Position numbers and translations under genes: made by a program
From: Candidatus Thorarchaeota archaeon
Lineage (GTDB): Archaea > Asgardarchaeota > Thorarchaeia > Thorarchaeales > Thorarchaeaceae
Direction of reading: 5' to 3'
Assembly (NCBI GenBank): GCA_003345555.1
Contig: PRDJ01000033.1
Coordinates: 13,564-45,563 of the forward strand
Length of the DNA stretch: 32,000 nt
Notes under the pieces: generated by a model
What the model was told of the DNA's origin: nothing
The model's input: only the letters and a program-made list of their open reading frames with translations
Databases searched by the model: none
In this document: positions 8,759 to 17,872 of the stretch, piece after piece
How the letters are laid out: each line of letters begins with the position of its first letter
Position numbering within the stretch: position 1 is the first letter of the stretch

Positions 8759-9766
8759 ATGGAAGACCTGATTTCCAAATGTGGGATGTGCTGCAGTCGG
8801 TGCCCGGCCTACAGAGCAAACATAAGAACAAAAGCCGACAAGATTCGAACAAGTGATGGATGGTACAAGTACCTGGGCTTTCGCTTTCCTTCACGGCTAA
8901 TCATCTGCGATGGGTGCCAGATGCCGGATGATCAGAGCCCCTTGCGCATAAGACGAGGATGCACGGTACGAAACTGTGCAATATCAAATGGTGTCGAGAC
9001 CTGCGCGCATTGTTCGGAGTATCCGTGTGAAGCAGTAAAGACACTGAGCTACGTTGATAGGCAATGGGCCGAAACTAGATTGGGCGATAGAATCAAAGAG
9101 GAGGACTATCTAACCTTCATAGAACCATACGAAGGTATCAAGCATCTGGACAAGATTCGAGCCAGTCTTGGCCCCGAAGATATCTTGAAGGCAGAAATTT
9201 CGTTGGCCGAATCCAAAATATCGAACTTTCCTGAGCACCTGCCGCTTCCAAAGGAGGACCTAATCGCTTTACAAGCCCTCCACAGTATCTTGGCTTCAGT
9301 GAAATCCATTGGTGGCGGTACCTATGCTATGCAGGTGACCTTGGAGAACAGGAGGAGGTACCTCCTGAGGCTATTGTGGGTCTTTGGATGCTATGGTGAA
9401 ATGGAAGATAAGAACGGTTCGTACCTTGTGGTTACTAGTGAGGCCTACTCTACTAAGATGCGCCAAGCTCCGGCTTTCTCACTCTTCTCAAGGATGTTAG
9501 GTCACTTTGATGTCCTGAAAGAGTTCGGAATACGTTGCCAACATGTGCAATTGACAGAAGAGAAGTATGGGAAGAAAGGATGGCTAACCCCGACAGGAGC
9601 GTTGAGGAGAAATGGGTGGGCTATCAAGATGAGCTTCGAGGAGCGTGTGGGAGGGGCGTCAGCGTTGAAAGCTCTCAGAACCTACGCGACGAGACTGAGC
9701 GAGAAGCAGGGAGAAAAAGGATACGCCCTCTTCTCACAGGTGGACATGAGACCATTGGAAGAGTAG
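8759..9766 (+). CDS. DUF3795 Cys-rich domain protein with a long unassigned C-terminal region
   Basis: CGMCCSRC, CDGC, CTVRNC, CAHCSEYPC pattern in the first ~90 aa. Confidence 0.75.
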   Translation: MEDLISKCGMCCSRCPAYRANIRTKADKIRTSDGWYKYLGFRFPSRLIICDGCQMPDDQSPLRIRRGCTVRNCAISNGVETCAHCSEYPCEAVKTLSYVDRQWAETRLGDRIKEEDYLTFIEPYEGIKHLDKIRASLGPEDILKAEISLAESKISNFPEHLPLPKEDLIALQALHSILASVKSIGGGTYAMQVTLENRRRYLLRLLWVFGCYGEMEDKNGSYLVVTSEAYSTKMRQAPAFSLFSRMLGHFDVLKEFGIRCQHVQLTEEKYGKKGWLTPTGALRRNGWAIKMSFEERVGGASALKALRTYATRLSEKQGEKGYALFSQVDMRPLEE

Positions 9767-9843
9767 AGAATCACATGCGACCATGATTGACTGTCCATCG
9801 CACTGCACCAACCAAGCTCTACTTCGCCTCCCTTATGTGAATG

Positions 9844-9862
9844 CTTATATCGTGTCACACGA
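9844..9862 (+). promoter_or_regulatory. TATA-like box with adjacent palindrome upstream of the second hdrCB
   Basis: CTTATAT at 9844-9850 runs directly into TCGTGT-C-ACACGA (9850-9862), about 50 nt before the ATG at 9899. Confidence 0.4.
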
Positions 9863-9898
9863 CGAAGCGGCTACTGCTCCAAGTTCAGAGGTCCTACA

Positions 9899-10450
9899 AT
9901 GGGAGAGATCATTCGGGAAACCATTTCAGCTGGCGATATGGACCCAACATTCATAGAGAAGATCGAAAAGGCTGGTGCAGATAGGATACGAACTTGCCTA
10001 TCCTGTGGGACCTGCTCAAGTGTTTGCCCCTCTGGTCGTCGTACAGCTTTCAGAACGCGTGAGCTTATCCGTAAAGCCTTGCTCGGCCTCAGAGAAGACG
10101 TTCTGAGTTCTCCAGACCTTTGGTTATGTGCCACATGTCTTACTTGCTTGGAGCGCTGTCCGAGACAAATCAAGATCACAGATGCAATCATAATCATGAG
10201 AAACATGGCTGTCAAGGAAGGATTCATGCTTCCTCAGCATCGAAAGTCCGCTCAGAAGCTGCTTCAGACAGGACATGCAGTACCATTGGATGATGCAAAC
10301 CGGGACATGCGAAGGGAACTGGGTATCCCAGAGATACCTCCCACAGTGCACTCAAGCGAGGAAGCACTCGCACAGGTCAAGGAGATAATGAGACTCACGG
10401 GGTTCGATACCCTTGTAGAAGGAGAAGGAACAGGGGCCAAGCAGGAATGA
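9899..10450 (+). CDS. hdrC: Heterodisulfide reductase subunit C
   Basis: CLSCGTCSSVCP, LWLCATCLTCLERCP, GHAVP; ATGA overlap with hdrB. Confidence 0.93.
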   Translation: MGEIIRETISAGDMDPTFIEKIEKAGADRIRTCLSCGTCSSVCPSGRRTAFRTRELIRKALLGLREDVLSSPDLWLCATCLTCLERCPRQIKITDAIIIMRNMAVKEGFMLPQHRKSAQKLLQTGHAVPLDDANRDMRRELGIPEIPPTVHSSEEALAQVKEIMRLTGFDTLVEGEGTGAKQE

Positions 10451-11340
10451 CAGACCCTCAAACTTACTCATTGTTCCTCGGATGTGTGATGCCAAATCGC
10501 TATCCTAATGTCGAGAAAAGCATCAGAGTTGTACTTCCAGCACTCGGTATAGAGCTGGAGGAGCTGGAGGGAGCAAGTTGTTGCCCTGCACCGGGCGTCA
10601 TAAGATCATTTAGCGAGCGGACATGGCTCGCGCTCGCATCTCGCAACCTTGCATTGGCGGAAAGAGCGGGTCACGATATCATCACGGGATGCAATGGCTG
10701 CTATGGAACCTTCAAAGAAGCGCTCAATATAGTGCACGAGAAACCCGACCGGCTCAAGGATGTCCAGCAGATCCTCAAGAGCGTTGGACTGAAGTACGAG
10801 GCAGGTGTCGACGCAAAACACCTCATCGAGGTTATCTACAGCATTGGGATTGACCCTCTGCGAAAGAAGATTACGCGCCCCCTCACAGGCTTGAAGGTCG
10901 GCGTACACTATGGATGTCATCTTCTGAGGCCAAGCAAGCTGAGACCTTGGCACCAAATTCAGAAGCAGACATTCCTCGATGAGCTCGTCGAAGTGACGGG
11001 AGCCGAGAGCGTCAAGTACAAGGACAAGTTCCTCTGCTGTGGCGCCGGAGGTGGAGTACGTGGCTCCAATGTCCCTGTCAGCATAGACATTGCCCGAGAG
11101 AAACTTGATAATATGATGGAAGCAGGAGCTGATTGCATAGTCGATGTTTGTTCGTTCTGCCATCTTCAGTTCGAGGTTTGTCAGGCTGAACTCAACAAGG
11201 AACTAGGGGAGAACAAGTATCACCTACCCGTGATATATTACACCCAGCTCTTGGGATTGTCGATGGGGTTTGAACCTCAGGATCTCGGGCTTCACAAACA
11301 TGTTGTCAGCACTCAGGCGCTTCTGGATCGCTTCCTTTGA
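10447..11340 (+). CDS. hdrB: Heterodisulfide reductase subunit B
   Basis: FLGC, GASCCPAPG, GCNGC, YGCH, CCGAGG, VCSFC. Confidence 0.93.
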   Translation: MTDPQTYSLFLGCVMPNRYPNVEKSIRVVLPALGIELEELEGASCCPAPGVIRSFSERTWLALASRNLALAERAGHDIITGCNGCYGTFKEALNIVHEKPDRLKDVQQILKSVGLKYEAGVDAKHLIEVIYSIGIDPLRKKITRPLTGLKVGVHYGCHLLRPSKLRPWHQIQKQTFLDELVEVTGAESVKYKDKFLCCGAGGGVRGSNVPVSIDIAREKLDNMMEAGADCIVDVCSFCHLQFEVCQAELNKELGENKYHLPVIYYTQLLGLSMGFEPQDLGLHKHVVSTQALLDRFL

Positions 11341-11371
11341 TTCCCCCTAGCCCAGATTCCGTTTGTGCTTT

Positions 11372-12265
11372 CTAGTACCATCTCTTGGCCGCGTAGTACA
11401 CTACAAGAGACATGACAGCGCTTGATATTATCGCTGCGGAGATGAACAGTCCAATAATGAAGCCCTGGTCAGTTGTCGTCGTTGTTCTAGTGACCAGGAC
11501 ATCGCCTGCGGTGAAGGGTGCATCAGACGTGTCGCGATTCATGTAAATGCCGTCAGAGACCCTAATCTCAACAACGTAGGTGGAGATATTGAGGAAACCC
11601 TGGGTGTACCATGTAAACCACGTCTTGTTCAATCCTTTGGAAAGAAGTTGAAACGTCAATCCCGAGTCCGATGAGAGTCGGACCTCATAGGTGAGCTCCT
11701 CTTCGGAATTGTTGTCCCAACCGAACCAGGTTATGTTGTGGGCACCGGTCCAGTGCTCGCCGCCATTCGGGGAAATCACTCTTACGTGAGGAACGAGGAA
11801 GTTGCCTATGAATACATTAGTGACCGTCTCTTCAACAAAAGTCCCGTTGTATAGCCATGCCGACGCTATTATGACGCAGCTGGCATTGTTGCCGAGTTGT
11901 CTAGTGTCAACTGATGCTGTAGTCGAACTACTCTCGTTGGATATTGCCTTCGGGATTGCTGTGGCATTGACCACGATTCTTGTCTTCACGACCAATCCTA
12001 GAGGAGTCCAAGTCGCATTCAAGATTATGTGATCGCCTGAAATCGTATCACCAGAGTGAACCGTCATCGGGGTATGGTCCCATCTTGAATAGTATGTGAG
12101 TGAGAGATTAACGTCCCATGTGGAAAGCGCATGTCCAGTGGGCAGGAGGGGGGTGGCAACTGAGCACGCGTGCAATTGTGAAAGCGAAATCATCAGTAGC
12201 AGCATCACTATGTGACTGTAGCGAACATGAACGCTTATTGAGCGACTTTGAGATGGGTGCTTCAT
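11372..12265 (-). CDS. Membrane-anchored cell-surface glycoprotein with an Ig/FN3-like domain
   Basis: Hydrophobic N-terminal signal-like stretch; VISPNGGEHW..NITW..YEVRLSSD Ig-like pattern; 10 N-X-S/T sequons; Thr linker; C-terminal TM ending in AKRWY. Start moved to ATG at 12265 to avoid overlap with the upstream gene. Confidence 0.7.
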   Translation of the reverse strand: MKHPSQSRSISVHVRYSHIVMLLLMISLSQLHACSVATPLLPTGHALSTWDVNLSLTYYSRWDHTPMTVHSGDTISGDHIILNATWTPLGLVVKTRIVVNATAIPKAISNESSSTTASVDTRQLGNNASCVIIASAWLYNGTFVEETVTNVFIGNFLVPHVRVISPNGGEHWTGAHNITWFGWDNNSEEELTYEVRLSSDSGLTFQLLSKGLNKTWFTWYTQGFLNISTYVVEIRVSDGIYMNRDTSDAPFTAGDVLVTRTTTTTDQGFIIGLFISAAIISSAVMSLVVYYAAKRWY

Positions 12266-12324
12266 GAGACCCGACCTGGCCGCACGAAGTCCTCTTTTGC
12301 TCCAGTTAGTTCTATTGTTAGAAC

Positions 12325-12789
12325 TCAATCCTCTTGCTCCGGAAATGGTTGTTCCCTCCATATCCTAAAAGATTCGTACCAAAGGACAACGCAGACTGAC
12401 ACCAGAAGACCAACCAGAACGGCTGAGTACCATTCAATGTAGGAAAGCAGCATGGTGGTCAGTGCAGCTGTGACTGATGTGTAGAAGGTGGCATAGAAAA
12501 GAAACCGAGGAACCATCAGTCGACCTTTACCAATGAACATTCTCAGCACGCCAACCCTGACGTCGCGCCTCACTGTGTACTGCCCATGGACATCCTTGTC
12601 AACAAGACCCAGCTGCCTCAGATGTTCTAGGTGATGCATTGAGAGAGAAGGACTGGAAAGCGCAGCCCCTCTCTGAATCTCTCTGGCGGTCATTGGCACG
12701 GGATGCCGAAGCATATACCAGTATACACGAAGAGTCCTGCCCTTTAGCGACTTGACCAGCTCTTCCTCGTCAGGCTCCTCGTCGGGCAT
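12325..12789 (-). CDS. Winged-helix DNA-binding protein with two C-terminal TM helices
   Basis: LKGRTLRVYWYM..AREIQRGAALSSPSLSMHHLEHLRQLGLVDK wHTH pattern followed by two hydrophobic helices. Confidence 0.8.
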   Translation of the reverse strand: MPDEEPDEEELVKSLKGRTLRVYWYMLRHPVPMTAREIQRGAALSSPSLSMHHLEHLRQLGLVDKDVHGQYTVRRDVRVGVLRMFIGKGRLMVPRFLFYATFYTSVTAALTTMLLSYIEWYSAVLVGLLVSVCVVLWYESFRIWREQPFPEQED

Positions 12790-12887
12790 TACCTAGCACC
12801 GCCCCATCATGTTGCCGAACCAATCGTCGCGCTGACTCTTAACTAATATCTTTCTGAACACACTCATCAGAATCACAAGGTAAGCCT

Positions 12888-12894
12888 CTTATAC
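12888..12894 (+). promoter_or_regulatory. TATA-like box of the OFOR operon
   Basis: CTTATAC about 50 nt upstream of the ATG at 12943; same form and spacing as the box before the second hdrC. Confidence 0.35.
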
Positions 12895-12942
12895 CCGCGA
12901 CTTGACGACCAGTCTGAACGAGACGGAGTCGGTGAGTAGTCA

Positions 12943-13299
12943 ATGGCTTCCGTGAGAAAACCCATTACACCAAAACCTGTCAGAATGCGAGACAAGGTTC
13001 TCGTTATGCTGGAGGAGAGGTGCAAAGGTGATCAGTGCCAGCTGTGCGTCAGTTTCTGCCCTAAGAACGTCCTCTGTCTGACTGACAAGTACAACCGAAA
13101 GGGGTACCATCCAGTCACAGCTTGCGACATCGATGCATGCACGAATTGCCAGTTCTGTGAACTAATCTGTCCGGACATGGCGATATATCTCGCTGACAGG
13201 GATGAAGCTGAGAAGGTTTTCAAGAGCCACGGGCTGGAGGAGGGCACCAAGATTCCAGAACTCGAGAATGATGCTGCAAAGGAAGGGGGGACCGACTGA
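12943..13299 (+). CDS. korD: 2-oxoacid:ferredoxin oxidoreductase delta (ferredoxin) subunit
   Basis: CKGDQCQLCVSFCP and CTNCQFCELICPDMAI; abuts the alpha subunit. Confidence 0.88.
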   Translation: MASVRKPITPKPVRMRDKVLVMLEERCKGDQCQLCVSFCPKNVLCLTDKYNRKGYHPVTACDIDACTNCQFCELICPDMAIYLADRDEAEKVFKSHGLEEGTKIPELENDAAKEGGTD

Positions 13300-14436
13300 T
13301 TGCCTCGGCGTGAGATTTTTACTATGGGAGACATTGCCTGCGCGGAAGGCGCGATTAGTGCAGGATGCCGATACTTTGGTGGCTATCCCATAACGCCCGC
13401 AACGGAAATCGCTGAGTGGATGGCTGTCAGAATGCCGGAGGTCGGCGGCGCGTTTGTTCAGTACGAAGATGAGATTGCCTCGATAACAAGCGCGCTGGGT
13501 GCTTCGTGGGCCGGGACAAAGGCGATGACTGCTACATCCGGCCCCGGTGCAAGTCTCATGATGGAATCAGTTGGTCTTGCAGTCATGACGGAAACCCCAG
13601 TTGTTATTGTCAACATAATGAGAGGCGGTCCGAGCACAGGTCAGCCCACGCGCGGACAGCAGGGTGATGTATTCCAAGCCAAGTGGGGCAGTCACGGTGA
13701 CTATCAGATAATCGGACTGACACCGGCTTCAGTCCAAGAGATGTTCGATTTGACGGTTAGGGCTTTCAATCTCTCTGAGAGGTATAGGGTGCCTGTTTTT
13801 GTATTGGCGGACGAAGTCGTTGGGCATATGAGAGAAAAGCTTGTGATTCCTGACGAAAAAGACCTGAAACTCGTAGACAGGAAGATGCCAACTGTTGACC
13901 CCTCGGACTATCTTCCATTCAAGCCAGGCGATGATCTTGTACCGCCTATGGCATTGCTTGGCACTAAGTACCAGTTCTATGCTACTGGTTTGACGCATGA
14001 TGAAAGAGGATATCCTACCGACAGCGACGAAGTCCAAATCGAGCTGATAACACGGCTCAGTGAAAAAGTGCTCCGTCATGTGTATGATATAATCGACGTG
14101 GAGAAGTACATGCTTGATGATGCGGATATTGCAATAGTGGCGTATGGCACGCCTTCAAGAAGTGCGAGAAAGGCGATCAAAGATGCACGCGCCGAGGGCA
14201 TCAATGTGGGCATGCTGAGACTGAAGAGCGTATGGCCATTTCCGGAGAAAATCGTGTCTGAACTCGGTTCACAGGTCAGGCATATCATAGTCCCGGAGCA
14301 GAACATGGGGCAGATCTACTACATGGTCAGGGCATTTGCAGCGCCAACGCCCATTCACCTGATGACCAAGCCCGCTGGCACACCACAACTACCCGACGAG
14401 ATACTTCAGAAGATCAAGGAGGTACACTCCCTATGA
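13300..14436 (+). CDS. korA: 2-oxoacid:ferredoxin oxidoreductase alpha subunit (KOR/VOR type; substrate not determined)
   Basis: GYPITPATEI, EDEIASI, TATSGPG, MRGGPSTGQPT; TTG start. Confidence 0.92.
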   Translation: MPRREIFTMGDIACAEGAISAGCRYFGGYPITPATEIAEWMAVRMPEVGGAFVQYEDEIASITSALGASWAGTKAMTATSGPGASLMMESVGLAVMTETPVVIVNIMRGGPSTGQPTRGQQGDVFQAKWGSHGDYQIIGLTPASVQEMFDLTVRAFNLSERYRVPVFVLADEVVGHMREKLVIPDEKDLKLVDRKMPTVDPSDYLPFKPGDDLVPPMALLGTKYQFYATGLTHDERGYPTDSDEVQIELITRLSEKVLRHVYDIIDVEKYMLDDADIAIVAYGTPSRSARKAIKDARAEGINVGMLRLKSVWPFPEKIVSELGSQVRHIIVPEQNMGQIYYMVRAFAAPTPIHLMTKPAGTPQLPDEILQKIKEVHSL

Positions 14437-15275
14437 CGACGGCGCCAGCCACACTCGTGCATCCGATGTCCAAATACATCAGAGAAGATAGGCTGCCTTG
14501 GATCTATTGCCCCGGGTGTTCCATCGGGATAGCGACTGGCATGATAGTGCGGGCCATTGACAACATCGGCCTTGACTTCTCGAAGGTTGTATTTGTGTCG
14601 GGGATTGGTTGCAGCGGTCGCACGTCCGGCTACTTCAAGACAGGAACTTTCCACACGACTCACGGAAGAGCTATTCCATTCGCAACTGGTGTAAAAATCG
14701 CGAATCCTGACTTGGAAGTCATAGTGGTTGCGGGCGATGGCGATTTGGCCGCCATCGGGGGAAATCATCTCATACACGCTTGCAGGCGTAACATAGACAT
14801 GACCGTGGTCTGCATAAACAACTGGAACTACGGCATGACAGGCGGGCAGTTTGGGCCCACTACAGAACATGAGAAGCTGACTCAAACAAGCCCTCCGCCA
14901 ATAGGAAACATGGAGCATCCTTTCAATCTCATCAAGCTCGCTGCGTCGTCAGGTGCGACCTTTGTTGCACGCTGGACTGCCGTCCAGGTCCGCCGAGGTA
15001 TAACGTCGATAGAGAAAGGAATCAAGAAGAAAGGCTTCTCATTCATCGAGATTGTCGGTGCCTGCCCCACCGCGTATGGAAGAATGAACAAGCTGGGCGA
15101 AGGCGTTGACATGCACAAGCACCTTCTCGAGGTTACAGACATTCAGAATGGGTTGCCACCACACGAAGCGGAGATTGAATACGATAAGAGGATAGTATGC
15201 GGGGAGTTTGTTGACATCGAAAAGCCTGAGTATACGGACGTTCTCAAGCAGATGCATGCAAAGGTCAGGAAGTGA
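14433..15275 (+). CDS. korB: 2-oxoacid:ferredoxin oxidoreductase beta subunit
   Basis: YCPGC, SGIGCSGR, HTTHGRAIPFATGVK, GDGD..N (TPP binding), YGMTGGQ, GACPT. Confidence 0.92.
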   Translation: MTTAPATLVHPMSKYIREDRLPWIYCPGCSIGIATGMIVRAIDNIGLDFSKVVFVSGIGCSGRTSGYFKTGTFHTTHGRAIPFATGVKIANPDLEVIVVAGDGDLAAIGGNHLIHACRRNIDMTVVCINNWNYGMTGGQFGPTTEHEKLTQTSPPPIGNMEHPFNLIKLAASSGATFVARWTAVQVRRGITSIEKGIKKKGFSFIEIVGACPTAYGRMNKLGEGVDMHKHLLEVTDIQNGLPPHEAEIEYDKRIVCGEFVDIEKPEYTDVLKQMHAKVRK

Positions 15276-15280
15276 TTTGC

Positions 15281-15838
15281 ATGAGCCGTTACGAAATAAG
15301 AATCGGGGGCTTCGGCGGTCAGGGTATCGTGACGATGGCCGTGGTGATAGGAGAGTCTTCTTCGCTCTTTGACAAGAAGTATGTTGTACAGACTCAGTCC
15401 TACGGTCCTGAAGCCCGAGGTGGGGCGAGCAAAAGCGAGATAGTCATCAGCGACGAGGAGATCGACTATCCCAAGGTAATAGCTCCTGATGTCTTCATTG
15501 CGATGAGTAGGGCCGCGTATCTAGAATACGTTCATGGTCTGAAAGAGAACGGCGTACTGATAATCGACAGCGATTTAGTGAATGTGGAAAGCGAGTTGCC
15601 TCAAGGCGTCAGAGTATACAGGGTACCGGCCACGCGTATTGCAGATCAAGAGGTCAGAAGCAAACAGACGACGAATGTTGTAATGATGGGAGCATTCGCA
15701 GCCATAACAAAAGCTATCTCTATCGACGGTCTAAGACACCAGATGGAGGAGCGCTGGCCCAAGTTTGTTAAGATCAACCACCTAGCCCTTGAACTGGGAA
15801 TCAAGGCAGGTGAGAAGGCTCTCGCAGGTGAGTCGTAA
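15281..15838 (+). CDS. korC: 2-oxoacid:ferredoxin oxidoreductase gamma subunit
   Basis: GFGGQGIV, QSYGPEARGGASKSE, NVVMMGA; ATG at 15281 preferred over GTG at 15272. Confidence 0.92.
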   Translation: MSRYEIRIGGFGGQGIVTMAVVIGESSSLFDKKYVVQTQSYGPEARGGASKSEIVISDEEIDYPKVIAPDVFIAMSRAAYLEYVHGLKENGVLIIDSDLVNVESELPQGVRVYRVPATRIADQEVRSKQTTNVVMMGAFAAITKAISIDGLRHQMEERWPKFVKINHLALELGIKAGEKALAGES

Positions 15839-15848
15839 GGTTCTCGGT

Positions 15849-16628
15849 TTACTTGGTGGCTAGAATCGCTGCACCAAGAGCACCAGTTAGCTGAGGCTTT
15901 TCTGGTATCCAAAGAGGACTGTCAAGCTGCTTCGATAGGTAATGACGAAACGCAGAATTGAGAGCGACACCACCTGTTACGCCGATAGGAGTCGTGAGTC
16001 CGACTCTCCTCGCAAGAGCGCCAACCTTCGCTGCCATGGCTGAATGTGCCCCCGCAGCGATGTCGGCAGGTGCGACACCCGTCCCAATCTTGCCCACGAC
16101 TTCGCTCTCGGCAAAGACTGTACATGTGCTGCTGATTGTGCAGGGAGAAGTTGATTGAAGGGCGAGCGGGCCTAGGTCGTCAATCGATACTTCGAGGACC
16201 CGAGCCATCACCTCAAGGAATCTGCCCGTGCCCGCGCTGCATTTGTCATTCAGCTCGAAGTCGGTCGGCCGTCCGTTCGGCCCAATCTTGATTACTTTCG
16301 AGTCTTGGCCGCCCACATCTATCAACAGCCGAATGTCCGCATTCAACGAGTGAACGCCCACGCTATGGCAAGTTATCTCGGTCACGGCCTCGTGAGTGAA
16401 CTCAACAGACGTCCGTCCGTATCCCGTACTGACGATTGGGAGACCTGCCAAGTCCTTTCCTGAAGCTTGCGAGAGCTCCTCCAAGACTCTCCGTACAGCG
16501 ACAGGTGCTGACGAGCCAGTGGGTATCAGCGCACTAGCAAGAATGGTGCGCGACAAGTCGACAAGCACGCCCTTGGTTGTAGTCGACCCCACATCTAGAC
16601 CAATCCCCATGGTTGCGCGCTTTGTCAA
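15849..16628 (-). CDS. ATP-dependent [4Fe-4S] activase/archerase (HgdC/BcrAD family)
   Basis: GLDVGSTTTK, EITCH, DVGGQDSKVI, NDKCSAGTGRFLE, ISSTCTVFAESEV, TGGVALN. Confidence 0.92.
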   Translation of the reverse strand: MTKRATMGIGLDVGSTTTKGVLVDLSRTILASALIPTGSSAPVAVRRVLEELSQASGKDLAGLPIVSTGYGRTSVEFTHEAVTEITCHSVGVHSLNADIRLLIDVGGQDSKVIKIGPNGRPTDFELNDKCSAGTGRFLEVMARVLEVSIDDLGPLALQSTSPCTISSTCTVFAESEVVGKIGTGVAPADIAAGAHSAMAAKVGALARRVGLTTPIGVTGGVALNSAFRHYLSKQLDSPLWIPEKPQLTGALGAAILATK

Positions 16629-16639
16629 ATCACTGCCAC

Positions 16640-17872
16640 CTAGATGAACATCTCAAGTAGTGCATCAATTCTCGTCTGGATTTGTGCATCATTGAAGAGA
16701 CGGCTATCTACCATGTCGCCCTCTATGACTACACCCGGCACTCCTGTCCGTTCCATAACGAGTTCCTTCGACACAAGCTGTCCCAGCGAGTATCGTTTGC
16801 AGGATCGGACAGAGAACATAATGAAGCCATCAAGTGAGTATTCCTTGATTAGCTCACACATCTTGTCGACCTTGGCCTCTAAGCCCTTGTTGAGATAGAC
16901 GTTGGAATACACAGACACAACGCTGTCCACTAGGTCTGCACCACTGAGCGAGCCCGACCATGCATGAGTGTACGTGTCCGCAGGAAATACCACGCCCCTG
17001 GCAGCCAGCCCATTGAAGAAACGAAAGATTGTGAACCAAGGAGGAATGTCGTCCCAGAGAAGTCGTATCTTCTCGTCCCGGATTGCGCCCAGACCTTGCG
17101 CAACTCGTCCCTCCACCTCCTCAAGAAGTGCTTGATAGAATTCAACCGCAAGTTCTGTCCCACGCAAAGAGACAATAGGCGCCATTGCAAGGAATCTGTC
17201 GGCGCAATTCAATGGGCTTGGTCTGTTCCGACAGGCCTTCAAGCATCGTGTCCACAGGTCAATGCCTTTGCCTGAGAGATTCCCCACTTCTCGAAGGCGC
17301 TCTTCTGAGAATGTGGTGTGAAATGTAGTAGACAGAAAATCGATAAGCCTCATGACACTCTGGCGAACGTACTCCCTATGGTGAGGCGTCTGTTTGCCCT
17401 GTGTTGGAGGGGTATCGAAGAGAAAGACAGGTGCTCCGGTCATCTCAGATATGGCATCATACCATCTCAAGACAGTTCCACAGATGTTGTTGCATGCCAG
17501 CAACGCCTGAGGCTTCGGCAGTCCCTCCAGCGGGCTCTTCTCAGGATAGCGTGCCGCACCTATGCTGGACCGAGCGTATGAACAAAGCTCTTGGGAGTAA
17601 CCCATCTCCTCTGCAAAGCCGCAAATCTGAGGACCGACCTTCTGGGATCCGATGACTGCTCCGTACTGCTCAGGATAATTGACGCCCACGCCCATGGCCA
17701 CAGGTATCTCAACGGGGAAGCCCGATGTGATCCATGCCAGCCTTCCATTTTCACTGGCAGCATGGCCCTCCAGCATATACCGAAACATGATTTGCTGCAG
17801 GAGTGAATTGGTGCGCAACTGTCTGTAGACCTTTTCTTCTGTTCTTTTTTCTTGCTCCGCCAATGTCGTCAC
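16640..17872 (-). CDS. 2-hydroxyacyl-CoA dehydratase/benzoyl-CoA reductase family subunit (HgdA/BcrB-like)
   Basis: YPEQY, LCSYAR, CNNIC, RSCKRYSLGQ, IEGDMVD.R.F..AQ..TRIDA. Confidence 0.88.
   Translation of the reverse strand: MTTLAEQEKRTEEKVYRQLRTNSLLQQIMFRYMLEGHAASENGRLAWITSGFPVEIPVAMGVGVNYPEQYGAVIGSQKVGPQICGFAEEMGYSQELCSYARSSIGAARYPEKSPLEGLPKPQALLACNNICGTVLRWYDAISEMTGAPVFLFDTPPTQGKQTPHHREYVRQSVMRLIDFLSTTFHTTFSEERLREVGNLSGKGIDLWTRCLKACRNRPSPLNCADRFLAMAPIVSLRGTELAVEFYQALLEEVEGRVAQGLGAIRDEKIRLLWDDIPPWFTIFRFFNGLAARGVVFPADTYTHAWSGSLSGADLVDSVVSVYSNVYLNKGLEAKVDKMCELIKEYSLDGFIMFSVRSCKRYSLGQLVSKELVMERTGVPGVVIEGDMVDSRLFNDAQIQTRIDALLEMFI

Noticed and set aside
12835-12880. CUGAUGA...GAAA on the minus strand as a hammerhead ribozyme
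   Set aside because: Stem II cannot close before GAAA and no stem III partner exists; the motif is a by-product of the TTCTGA/TCAGAA repeat.
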